Below, one piece after another: positions 9,812 to 21,594 of a DNA stretch of 64,000 nucleotides (position 1 is its first letter; the number at the start of each line of letters is the position of its first letter). The DNA comes from Chrysomallon squamiferum (Eukaryota > Animalia > Mollusca). Position numbers and translations under genes: made by a program. Location of the stretch: positions 44,950,001 through 45,014,000 of the forward strand of contig CM022665.1 in NCBI GenBank assembly GCA_012295275.1, read 5' to 3'. The notes under the pieces were generated by a model. It saw only the letters and a list, made by a program, of their open reading frames with translations. It searched no databases and had not been told where the DNA came from.

Positions 9812-9950
9812 AGAGAGGAAACCCACTACCATCATTGCATGGAGCCTTAGACATTTGTACTGAATAGCTGCAGGATGTATTATATCTTAATCTTCCCCAT
9901 GACAGGATAAAATGTACAAAAACCTTTGATATTCAGGCTTTGATCTCTGG
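9812..9950. mobile_element. Possible degenerate SINE fragment (resembles a common molluscan interspersed repeat)
   Basis: GAGAGGAAACCCACTACC...GAATAGCTGCAGGATGTATTATAT...TTCCCCATGACAGGATAAAA...CCTTTGATAT recalls, from memory only, a gastropod SINE-like repeat; not verified. Confidence 0.35.
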
Positions 9951-10351
9951 TTGGAATGAAAAATAATAATTAAACTATTCTGCAAGTTAAAATGAAGTAA
10001 CGTCATTATGTGTGTATTTGTGTTCAAATAATTCTGTTTAATTTATGACATCTAAAATGATTTGTTTGGTTGTATATCTGTGAATTTATTTATCAGTAAC
10101 TATCGGATCTTTCAACATGTATTCCATATATTAATAAAAACATTAATTAACTATATTTTAACAATAATATTTTTGCTTTTACAATGAATGATGAAAAGAA
10201 ATAAGAAGATAAAATTAGAAAGATTGGAGAAAGAAAAAAAAACCCAAATATTTATAGATAAAGAAAGAACCTAGATGAAAATACTCATTTTCAAAAATAT
10301 ATAACATAATAATTAGTTATTATTTTTGTCAGTTTTGTTTGTCTTGTTAAA

Positions 10352-10969
10352 TTGTATTTGCTTCAAAATCTCAAAAAGAGCGAAACTCTTAAACATGCAT
10401 ACAATCTCATACATCCAAAGATGTTTACCGTTGGATATGAACCTACTGATGATGAGATTAATATTGGATTAGAAAACGATCGTGAATATTTCATCAACAA
10501 ACACAATAACAACATTGAGGATAATACGTTCGAAGGCAAAAACAGTTACTTTCAAGACAATTTTGACGATAGTCAATCTGTTTTGGGAACACAACATATT
10601 GTTCTAAATGATGATCCAATGATCAGTGGAGCAACTTCAGATAAGATAGATTATGTTATCATATCGAGTGATGAAGATAACAATGATGACGTCGATAAAT
10701 ATAATCCATCTCAGGATCTATTCATTAAAAGTCAACAATCTCGAAATGATAAATGTTCTCAATCACAAGGATTAAAACGCAAACGCGATGATAATTCAGA
10801 TGATGAAATTGATCCACACTTCATTACGGTGGGAAGAGAACCGGAAGATCCTGAAACAAAAAGATTCAAATATTACATACCGGAAACCCAACCATTCCTT
10901 GATATGTTTACGCAAACTATCTTGAAAACTCAGATCGAATCGTTTAACAAGCATAAATCAGACAATTGA
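10352..10969 (+). CDS. Acidic 205-aa ORF, probably the 5'-truncated C-terminus of a Rep/NS1 (or another non-structural protein)
   Basis: No ATG at the ORF start (TTG; first ATG at 10421). LKHAYNLIHPKMF resembles the L....K.(I/P)HP block that ends densoviral NS1 helicase domains; followed by a D/N-rich tail with KRKR and KRFK (NLS-like) and VIISSDED (SIM-like). Adjacent to a hairpin. Confidence 0.6.
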   Translation: MYLLQNLKKSETLKHAYNLIHPKMFTVGYEPTDDEINIGLENDREYFINKHNNNIEDNTFEGKNSYFQDNFDDSQSVLGTQHIVLNDDPMISGATSDKIDYVIISSDEDNNDDVDKYNPSQDLFIKSQQSRNDKCSQSQGLKRKRDDNSDDEIDPHFITVGREPEDPETKRFKYYIPETQPFLDMFTQTILKTQIESFNKHKSDN

Positions 10970-11090
10970 ACTGAAATACAAACGTTACTTAAAACTATAA
11001 TTAAGTGATTAATGTTATAATGTTTATATAAATGTTTAAATAACTAAATATAATAATAAAATGATTGTTATTTGTTAATATGTAATTATT

Positions 11091-11357
11091 AAACATGACC
11101 TGATAGATTTCTACCTAACTCTTGTTTACTGTTAAAAAAACAAAGTACCACTATTAACTGGATTTCTGGCTTTTGGCTTTTTAACCACAATGTACTTTTA
11201 GCTTATGATCCTTAGGGTTCCGGCTACGCCCGAAGGAACTCATCACCTTCGGGCTAAAAGTACATTATGGTTAAAAATCCAAAAGCCAGAAATCCAGTTA
11301 ATAGTGGAACTTTGTTTTTTTAACAGTAAATAGGTTGAAATCTATCAGGTCATGTTT
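11091..11357. repeat. Terminal hairpin H4 (~105-110 bp stem, TIR segment on both sides)
   Basis: AAACATGACCTGATAGATTTCTACCTA...AATGTACTTTTAGC mirrored by GCTAAAAGTACATT...TAGGTTGAAATCTATCAGGTCATGTTT; loop contains CCCGAAGG/CCTTCGGG. Confidence 0.92.
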
Positions 11358-11377
11358 TATTATTAAAGTCTTGTTAC

Positions 11378-11981
11378 CTTCTGCGATTTATTACGTCATC
11401 CTCTCTGAAGAAAGTAATTGCTTTTCTCCTCATTCCTTAAAAAACCTTTCTACCTGTAAAAAAAATAAAGAATAATAATAATATAATAAATTACAAAAAA
11501 CAAAAACCCAACTAATTGTAAGTTATCTGCTATAATAAATGGAATTTTATGATACAGTTTGCAGAAAATTAAGAACCTCTAAAACTCTCAAAGCATTTAA
11601 TGAAATAAAATCATACAGTTTATAATTATCTTTTAACATATTTATATATCTATCACAAATTAAGAGAAAAAACAAAATAAATTTGAAAATTTAAATAAAT
11701 AAATAAATAATATAAAATAAATAAAATAAAAAAGATGTATCTTTACAATGTGGTATTTAATCAAATAAAATTGATAATTAATAAATCATTTAATATTATA
11801 TTTATATATTCAAATTTAAAATGAAAAAAAAATTTAATTTAAAAATTTAAATAAAATAAAAAGATCTATCTTAAATAACATGGTATTTGATAAAATAAAA
11901 TTGTATATAATTTATAATCAACATTTAATATTATATTTATGTTTTTATCATAAACTAAATGAAAAACAGAATTAAAAAGAC

Positions 11982-12015
<34 letters not shown>

Positions 12016-14192
12016 TATAAAGAAATAAAAGAAACAAAAAAGATAATGTGTCTTATTTATGTTCAATATTTCTGTCATCAATATAAAGCTATTGAAAAAA
12101 AAAAAAAAAAAATATATATATATAAATATAAAAAAGAAAGAAAGAAAATAAATAAAAACAGTAAATATATTTATAAAATAATTATGTAACAAATATATAT
12201 ACATTCTCATGACAATGTCAAAAAAATTATATATCTTTGTTAACTAATAATTAAATTAAGAATATATTATGAAAATAATTAAAAGAAATTTAATCAGTAC
12301 AGAATTCTCCCTTATTGCTTAATAGTCTATAAAAGATATAAATTAAATAAAAATAAAAATAACATACTTCTTTTCATAATAAATACATCTTAACTATATC
12401 CTCATTTTGATAAAAAAACAAAAATTTAAAAAACAAAGATAATAATAAAAAAATATAAAAAACTTACCTGTATCTGTGTTGTATCTGCATGTATGACATC
12501 AACACCGATTCCCTCGTAAATCAGTTCATGAAACAGTTGTTTTGTTTTTTCCTTGTATCGAACAAAAATTAACACGGGTGGCTGCATTCCCTGTACTCTT
12601 TAAACATCATGAAAATAAGATACAGGAACTTTTTAGTAACCTTATTCTTTGATTCTCTTAATACATCAAGATTTTTTGGTCTGTTTATTTTATTTTATTT
12701 ATTTATTATTTTTCTTTACAAACAGAAAATATAAAAAATAACTTCTATACCTTATTCGTTTAATCTCTAAAATGCAAAGATTGTTGCTTTTTTATGGGTT
12801 TTTATTTTTTGGTTACTTATTTGTTTTTAAAATTGTAATTTAAAAGGTAAAAATACATACTTTTACCTCCTGTTTGAGATTTCTAATGGCCAGTAATTTC
12901 CTGCACTCTGTACCCACAAACAAGAATTCCTGTTCTACATTTTCTGTTGCTGAATTTCAGTAAAAAATAAAAATTATATTTGGAATAAAAAAATAAAAAA
13001 ATAAAAATATTTCAGTAATCTGTATTGATTCCATGCACTGCAGTTAACATTGGTATTCTAGTATATTTTGTCCATTTCCAAGTCATGGTTTTACATGGTT
13101 TTTCTTAATGTGTTGATTAGTTGTTTCTTACAAAAATATGTCTAAATGGTATTAGCCTAAAGCCTGAATTGTTTTTTTTTTTCTTGTTAATGTGTTCTTC
13201 ATATTTCTTTTTAAAATGTATCTAAATGGTTCTAACAAAAAAGTCTTAATGCAAGTAATTGTTTTATCCTACACACCAATATTAACAAATAATAAAGTAT
13301 GCAATAAAATAGTAAGTCTGCAAATAAACATAATCTAAATATGTTTAATCTTACCTGGCTCCAACATACACCTGTATGACATTGTCGAGATTCAGTCTGC
13401 ACCACTCTTCAACATCAAAGGCAAATGTAGCACTGAACATAGCTCTTCTCACATTGCCCGAGTCACATGCTTTGTAAATTTCTGCTAACTACAAGAAAGA
13501 ATCAGACAATGAAATATACTTAACCAGATCTCATTGTATGAGCTTGAACTGATTTTTAATATAAATTTAACTTTCATGTCCTAAATTAATAACAGTAACA
13601 ATAATCATCATGATCATCATTATATTATGAAGACTCAATTTGTTATGTAGTTTAGATATTGGTTATCAGGAAAATGTTTTCGGCAAAGTCCAAAAAATTT
13701 TCAATTCATTTTGTTATAATCTAATTATTTATAACAAAAATACTGAATTTTAACAAATATTTAACCTATTCAGGTAACTGTTAATAGAAAGCAACAGACA
13801 ATAATTATAAGATGTTTTAAAATATATAGTAATATTATTAGCAGTAATAAAAGAAAACAAAATTAATAAAACAATAAATCAAAAAAAGTTTGTAAATCTA
13901 TTGACAATAAATTCACTAAATAAAAAATACTTTATCTCACACCTGATATCTAAATCCAGTTCTGCCTTCTTCAAATCATTTGTCTGCCTCATCCAATACA
14001 AGCCTCTCAATACTGTAAATAAAAATAATAAAATAATGTAGTAAGTGTTCATTTCAAAACGTAATAAAGTACTGATACATACTCATTTCAAGATTTGTCT
14101 CTGAACTAGTAAAATTTGGAATAACTATAAACATTAAAATTTATTTAATTGTTTAGTCACAATGTTTCTGTAATAAAGTCATCATTTATTTT

Positions 14193-14235
<43 letters not shown>

Positions 14236-14403
14236 AATAAAATATAATAAAAAGTTACCTGCTGCAATTTACTACTGGAGGAATCTGAGTCTGTTTTAGT
14301 AAGTAAACCAGTCTGTTTGCAGTTGTAACCAATGTATCTGAAAAGAGATAACATATTTTAATGTTATTTTTATAATTATTTTATTTAATGAAATGTCTGA
14401 AAA

Positions 14404-14458
<55 letters not shown>

Positions 14459-14738
14459 TTTTTATTAATTAATATCCTTGCCAAACAATTTTAAAATAAA
14501 CAAACAAATGCTGAGTTTTTAATTTTAAAAAATATATTTATATCAAATTACTAAGTTATTTAATAAGAAGAAATATTTAAAATCTCACAGTTTTACTTTT
14601 CATCTTTTGGGCCAAACTTTTTAGTACCTGTACTAGCTTTCTCTATGCAGTGAATCCTGAAACCTTTCTGAGTCTTTTGAGTTCTGTGGTTGTCTATTAA
14701 AAAATAAAAAAGAACCCTCACATGAGAAAATATTGAGG

Positions 14739-14816
<78 letters not shown>

Positions 14817-16007
14817 AGAAATTAAAATTAAGCAAAATATTACAAAAATGAGATCAAAACACATTCATTTACTTGGAAGCAATCCATGAATTAAATGTGT
14901 AAAAAAAACCCTGTAAACTGCTGGTGTGATTAATGTTTTTGGGGTTGTTTTTAAAAAAAAAAAAAATTTCTAAATTCATAATATAAAAATATTTAAAACC
15001 ATTGAAAATACATACATGTAACATAACAGGAATGCCCTGCATCTGTATGGGTGTGGGTGTGGAGTAGCCCATGCATGTCACTGCTCTAAACATGGATCTT
15101 GTTTACTTTGCAAAAATAATTAATCTGTAAAAAAAATAATAATTAGAAATGCGTCACTAAATTGAAAAAATAAATAAAAAATAAAAAGTATTTCTTCTCA
15201 GTTTAAGAGTTTTATTATTAAACTTTTAAAATATATTACTATATTTAGTCATCTTAGAAATAAATGTTAGTTTTGAATTTTAAATCATACCTTTTCTTGT
15301 TTTAATTCAGCTAGTGTAGCCCTTGTTTTTATCCTGGTGTTCTTCTTAAGTCTGTTTGGAGTTTACAGACCAAGGTCTCCTCATGAAGTGATGTTACCAA
15401 GGAGATGAAGTTCAGTCTGTTAAGCTTCTTTTTCACTCTCAAAGACTTTGAAAGAGTCTTTTTCATTTTCATCATATAGTTCACTACTGCTGTCATTGTC
15501 ATGTAATTCATCTGTAGATAATAAAGTGAAAATAAAATTTGTATCTAAATTAAATATATAATTAAATAACAAAATAAATCAGGAAAGAAAAAAAAAAAAA
15601 AAAAAGAAAGGAAGGAAAGAAAAGAAAGAAAAGAAAGAAAGAATATAAAAATAATTATTCATGATATTTTCTCATACATATTAAGTGCAGTCCTTTTTCT
15701 CTGTTACTGGATTATGAAAAAATATTTGTAAAATTATTCATTGTCATGGAAAATGAAAACTACTAAAGCAAACATAATGGTTTTATTTCACGGAAGGAAC
15801 AGTATGGACTGAACTAAAATGACATCCATATTTATAATACTAAACAAATCTTAAACAAAACTTATTTAGATCATTGTTTTTCACTTTCTTGGATTCCTCT
15901 GGTTCCTGTATATTGCGACTTCTGATTCCTTTCTGTTGTGAGGTCAATATTATGAGTATTTTTAAATAAATCATTTTGTTGTTTTCCTAAAACTGACTCT
16001 TCTTAAT

Positions 16008-16047
<40 letters not shown>

Positions 16048-16400
16048 GTTAATGTCACATCAACGTATTTCATATAAACAGTTAATAATTATATAATTCA
16101 TGTAATAAACGAAAACTTCCTGTGGTCACTCAGTAGTTTACATTATTAATAATAATAAAACAACAAACAACCCTAACTTTACTCATACTAACAGTTCAAC
16201 AACTTAACAAGAAAATGAAGTATAAAGTTGGTGCTTGATGTGTTAATGAATTATTTTGCGACAGAATTATTTATTTATTTGTATTATTTCTATAAACAAT
16301 GCTTTTATAAAGTTAATACCTTTAACCATTCCGCTTAAACATTATGGAAGCAATTAAAGTTAAATTTATCTCCAAAAACTAACTTTACTAAAAAAAAAAA
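11378..16400 (-). pseudogene. DDX52: Unprocessed pseudogene of the DEAD-box RNA helicase DDX52/ROK1
   Basis: Minus-strand exons: 15124-15016 (GYSTPTPIQMQGIPVMLH, Q motif, internal deletion); 14693-14589 (GFRIHCIEK..KKFGPK, frameshift and stop); 14337-14259 (DTLVTTANRLVYLLKQ); 14012-13943 (LVLDEADK*FEEGRTGFRYQ, TGA at 13978-13976); 13488-13355 ([24 protein letters not shown]); 12957-12867 (NSATENVEQEFLFVG, acceptor AG>TG); 12590-12468 ([25 protein letters not shown]); 11453-11378 (GRKVF*G..KAITFFREDD). More degraded 5' exons near 15291-15512 and 16320-16400. Motif I and motif V exons not found. Confidence 0.93.
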
Positions 16401-17084
16401 AAAAAAATATCACTTTTATATTCACTGACTTCACGTTTGCGTTATAAAAAAACGTTATATATAGTGTTTCTATCCGGAAATGAAAAATGTGTTCTAGAGT
16501 TGTTTCCCTTCAGCATTTAGTTCTGCTGTTTTTTGATCGCACATCGAAGGGCAGAATGTAAGACTTCAATATCTTTTAACTACGGACTTTTTGGATTGCG
16601 TAATGCTAATTTTACGACACGCTAAATCGGATCTGTTGACAGTTTAATTTTTAAATCGATCTTACAATATCTATTTTTGGACCTGGGTTCTTTTATTCGA
16701 ATTATTGTCATTTCTCCAATAAGTCACATTAACTTAAGTGAAATGTCATCAGAATATTTGAAATTGCTAATATTTTCAGTCATTTTTGGGAAAAGAGTTC
16801 CGAATATTCCAACATTACTATTAATCGATTTAAAGACTCATCTTTTGATGGGGTTTATATAGAAAAGAGGGGCTTCGTCTTTAGTGGGCGGACTACAACG
16901 AAACAAAGAATTTTTTTTCTCTCGTTTTATTTTTTTTAATTTTTTGTCTTTTTAAATGACAGGCTTGTCCTTTTTTTAAATTCAATATCTTCAAATGTTA
17001 TGAATATTTAAACAGAAACTCGGAATTATGAGTGAAATGAAGTTCAGTTTTTTAGTTTGATAAATAAAAACAAACAAGAGAAAT

Positions 17085-17855
17085 AAAAAGTTTCATTGTA
17101 TTTCATTTCTTATTTACAAAACAATTATATATAATCAAAAATCTAGTATATACACATATTTACAGGTTTTATTTTCTTACAATAACAAAAGAAGTTTAAT
17201 TTTATTTCATTTATTATTTACAAAACAATTCAATTTAATCAAAAAACTAGTATGTACACATATTTACATTTTTTTTAAAAACTAATAAAAAGTTTTCTTT
17301 TACACTAATAAAAGTTTAATTGTATTTCATTTGTTATTTACAAAGAAATTAAAGTTAATCAAAAAACTAGTATATACACATATTTACAGGGTTTTTTTCC
17401 TACAATAATAAAAAGTTTCATTGTATTTCATTTGTTATTTACAAAACAATTATATTTAATCAAAAAACTAGTATATACACATATTTACAGCGTTTTTTTC
17501 CTACAATAATAAAAAGTTTAACTATTTCATTTGTTATTTACAAAACAATTAAAGTTAATCAAAAATCTAGCATGTACACATATTTACATTTTTTTTCCTA
17601 CAATAATAAAAAGTTTAACTATTTCATTTGTTATTTACAAAACAATTAAAATTAATCAAAAAACTAGTATGCACACATATTTACATTTTTAAAAAAAAAC
17701 TAATACAAAATTTAATTGTATTTGATTTGTTATTTACAAACCAATTATATTTAATGGTTGTTTTTTTTTTTTGTTTTTTTTTCTTTTTTCAATAATAAGA
17801 AATTTAATTACATTTCATTTGTTATTTACAAAAAAATAAATTCAATCAAAAAACT
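17085..17855. repeat. AT-rich tandem repeat, ~100 bp period, ~8 copies
   Basis: Recurring ATTTCATTTGTTATTTACAAAACAATT..TTAATCAAAAAACTAGTAT.TACACATATTTACA. Confidence 0.9.
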
Positions 17856-18239
17856 GTAAGGTATAACCATTCCTGTCCTTTTTCTTGTTCTGGTTTCCTT
17901 AGTGGTCTGTAAAACAAAAGAATGAATATTTAAGCCCAATCCAGTGATAATGAAGTTATTAGGTGACACACATTTGTATAATAAAGTGATCAAAGTAAAT
18001 GTATTGATTTTATCTAATAATTATATATGAGTAGATATCTTGTTTTTATATACTAATTGTATTTCTGTTATCAGTTGCATGTATGGTATTTGTTTTTGGT
18101 TCAGTTGTTTGTAAAGAAAATACTGGATGGATGATTAGAAGAATGAATGATTTAGAAAATATGTAATTTTTCTTTTCTTTATACATACACAGGCAAAAAA
18201 CACGAAATAGCTGTTGCAGTGGTGTGGACTTAATTTTTT

Positions 18240-21010
18240 GGTGAGGATGAAACCTGCAAAATACCAATAAAGATAAACCATATGTTTTGAAATAAAAAAT
18301 AATAATAATAATAATAATAAATAAATAAATAAATAATAAAAGAACACATTTTGTTCTTGAACTCTTTTGCTTTTTCTATCTGTGTTTATTTATTAAAGAA
18401 TTTATTAAACCAAAGTATTTTGTTATTAAATAAAGATTTCAAAATAGTTACATGACAAATCAAGATCTAATAACATGTAAAAAAATTACTGCCAATGATT
18501 CTTTTTCAAATGACAGAGAAATACATTTTCCTATGCTTATATCAATAGTCACTTTATCTGATTCTTCTTAATGGTTACTTTGTTTCTGTTTGTTTTGTTT
18601 GTTAATAACATTAATTAAGATATATTAATAGTAACTCACTTGTGTATGGTGTTTTCCCCAGAGAAGTGGACCTGTAAGTAAAATGAAATTTGAAATTGTA
18701 GACTTAATAAATTTTGTTACTTTCAAATGTTCTTTTTAGAGGCTAAATTTTGTTAATATTAAGGAAAGATATATATATTAATATCTAATATGTAATAATT
18801 GATGACAGTAGGAGTTTATTCTTTTCTCTTTTTTCTTTTTTTTCTCTCTTTATTTCATAACTTGGTTATTTATTTTTGTAGTACATTTCTCTTTAATTAA
18901 CTCTTGGCATCCATCATGAGCACTTACTGATATATAACGTATTCTGTAGGACATTTAATAATAACAATCTTTCGAAATGTTAAAAAGTTATACTACACCT
19001 TTTCTTTTCTTCTCATCTGTCTGCAGAGTCTGGATAAAGAGACAAAAGCACATTTAACATATTACATTTTTATCATTACACTTTACACATATTAATGAAG
19101 AAAGTAATATAAAATGTTAATATAAGCATCATGAAATATAAAATCTAAAAAGAATCTTTCGTAAACGTTAATAAATAGAATAAACTATGCTGAGACCTTT
19201 TAGTTTCAGAATAAAGAAAACGTGAATGAATGGAGTAAATTATATTTTTCTTTTACAGAAGTCAGGAAAGGAAAACTACAGACAATGCACCATGAGATTT
19301 CTACGTAAAAGGAGATATATCAAAGGCATTTTCCCTCTGAGATTCAATATTCTTGATAAATGAATGATGAGGCTCTGACTGGATTGGGAAATGGCTGTAA
19401 GTAGAATTGATCCTGTATATCTCAAATCTCAGCCACAATAAATAGTCTAGCACAATCTCCAAGTGGGATGCTCACATTAAACACAACAATTAACTTGTGT
19501 TTATTTTACTTTTTAAAACTTAGTTTTTTATTCTTATTATTATTTATTATTATTATTTTTTATTTATTATTATTATTTTTTTTTATTATTATTATTTTTT
19601 TTTTTTCTCTGATATTATGGAAAATGTTAAGTTGTAAATGACAAAATAATTATATTTATTAACAACTAATGTGCATTCAAATGTGCATTTATGTTTTGGT
19701 CAGGATGAAAGCTGCAAAATACCAAAAAAATAAACCATCTATTTTGAAATAATAACAACAATAATAACAATAACAATAAATAAATAAATAAAAAGGAAAT
19801 AATAAAAGAACACCTTTTGTTCTCAAACTCTTTACCTTTTGTAACTGTATTTATTTATTAAACAGTTTATTTGAGGGAAAGATACACTTCTAAGAAACAT
19901 GAATCAAATATTTAAATCAAAGTAATTTTGATATTAAATAAAGCTTTTAAAATACTAACATGACAATTCAAGATTTAATAATAAAAAAATATCTACCATT
20001 ATTTTTTTCAAATGACAAATAAATACATTTTCCTATTCTTATGTTAATAATTACTTTATCTGATTGATGTTAATGGTTACTTTCTTTTGTTGTTTTTTGT
20101 TTCTTTGTTAATAACATTAAGATTTTTTAGTAGTAACCCACTCATGATCGGTGGTTTTTTCAGAGGAGTGGACCTGTAAGTAAAATGAAATTTGAAACTA
20201 TAGAACTAAATAAATTGTCTAATTTTCAGATTTTCTTAATAAGGAAAGAGAATTATAATAATATGTTATATGTAATAATTATTGATAATAACATTTTATT
20301 AAATGTCATCTATAGAGTGTTATTCACTGCCAAAGAAACTGAAAATAAACAAAATAGCAGATTGCAGTGGATATAGTTATGAACGCTTTAATTAACTCTT
20401 GGCATTCATTGTCTTCACTTACTGATATATAAAGTATTCTATAAGACATTTTATAACTATAATTCAAGATGTTAAAAAGCTATACACACCCTTCTTTCAT
20501 GTTCTTTTATCTGTGGAGTCTGAATAAAGAGACAATAACACATTTAACATTATACTTTTTTATCACTACACTTCCCATACATTAATGAACAAAGTAATGT
20601 AAAATCTTAATATAAGTGTCATGAAATATAAAATCTAAATAGAATTTTTCATAAAATTTAATAAAGGAATAAACTATACTGAGATTTTTTAGTTTTGTTA
20701 TAGTTTCACAATTAAAAAAGTGAATGAATGGACTAAATTATATTTTTAATTTACAGAGGTCAGGAAAGGAAAACTACAGAGAATACACTATGGGCTTACT
20801 GACTATAAGGAGATACTTTAAAGGCATCTTTCCATAGGGATTCAGTTTACTTCATAAATGAGTGATGGGTCTCTGACTGGATTGGGAAATTGCTGTGAGT
20901 AGAACTGATCCTGTATATCTCAAATATCAGCCATAATAAATAGTCTAGCGCAATCTCTAATGGGGATGTTGACATTAAACATAGACATTAACTAGTCCTT
21001 ATTTACTTTT
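18240..21010. repeat. Diverged tandem duplication of a ~1.5 kb segment (about 18240-19520 and 19700-21010)
   Basis: Collinear anchors AGGATGAAA.CTGCAAAATACC (18244/19702), GTGGACCTGTAAGTAAAATGAAATTTGAAA (18666/20168) and CTCTGACTGGATTGGGAAAT (19373/20871). Confidence 0.88.
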
Positions 21011-21394
21011 CAATATTTTATTTTATTTATTTATTTTATAACAAGTTTTTTTCTTAAATTAAAATAATTTCAAATTTCGATCAGATTAGACAACATAAGA
21101 GTTAAAATATGGTTTTATATTGTTTGCAACTGTCAATGGTTTATTAAGAAACATAGTGCCACAATTTTAGTATCTTGTACCTTGTAGGAAATTAAGTAGA
21201 ATAATCATTTGAACACTGGAATGATAATTTCTTTCATTTTCTAAAGAATGGATATGTACATTATTTTAGTTGTTTATCATTGCAAGGTGTCTCTTAAAAC
21301 ATTGGTGTACAGTAAATGTGCATGAATAGGTTGATTAAAAAATTTCACTGTCGGTGGAGTGTACATCAATTTTCTGTATGAATTGGAATGTCAA

Positions 21395-21594
21395 NNNNNN
21401 NNNNNNNNNNNNNNNNNNNNNNNNNNNNNNNNNNNNNNNNNNNNNNNNNNNNNNNNNNNNNNNNNNNNNNNNNNNNNNNNNNNNNNNNNNNNNNNNNNNN
21501 NNNNNNNNNNNNNNNNNNNNNNNNNNNNNNNNNNNNNNNNNNNNNNNNNNNNNNNNNNNNNNNNNNNNNNNNNNNNNNNNNNNNNNNNNNNNNN
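21395..21594. other. Assembly gap (200 N)
   Basis: Fixed-length run of N; true size and relative orientation of the flanks are unknown. Confidence 0.99.

Larger units (their letters stand above)
10340..11357 (+). mobile_element. Third parvovirus-like fragment: 3' end of an ORF, polyA signal and terminal hairpin
   Basis: Intronless ORF, AATAAA at 11055-11060, then hairpin H4 of the same family as H1-H3. Left boundary approximate. Confidence 0.8.
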
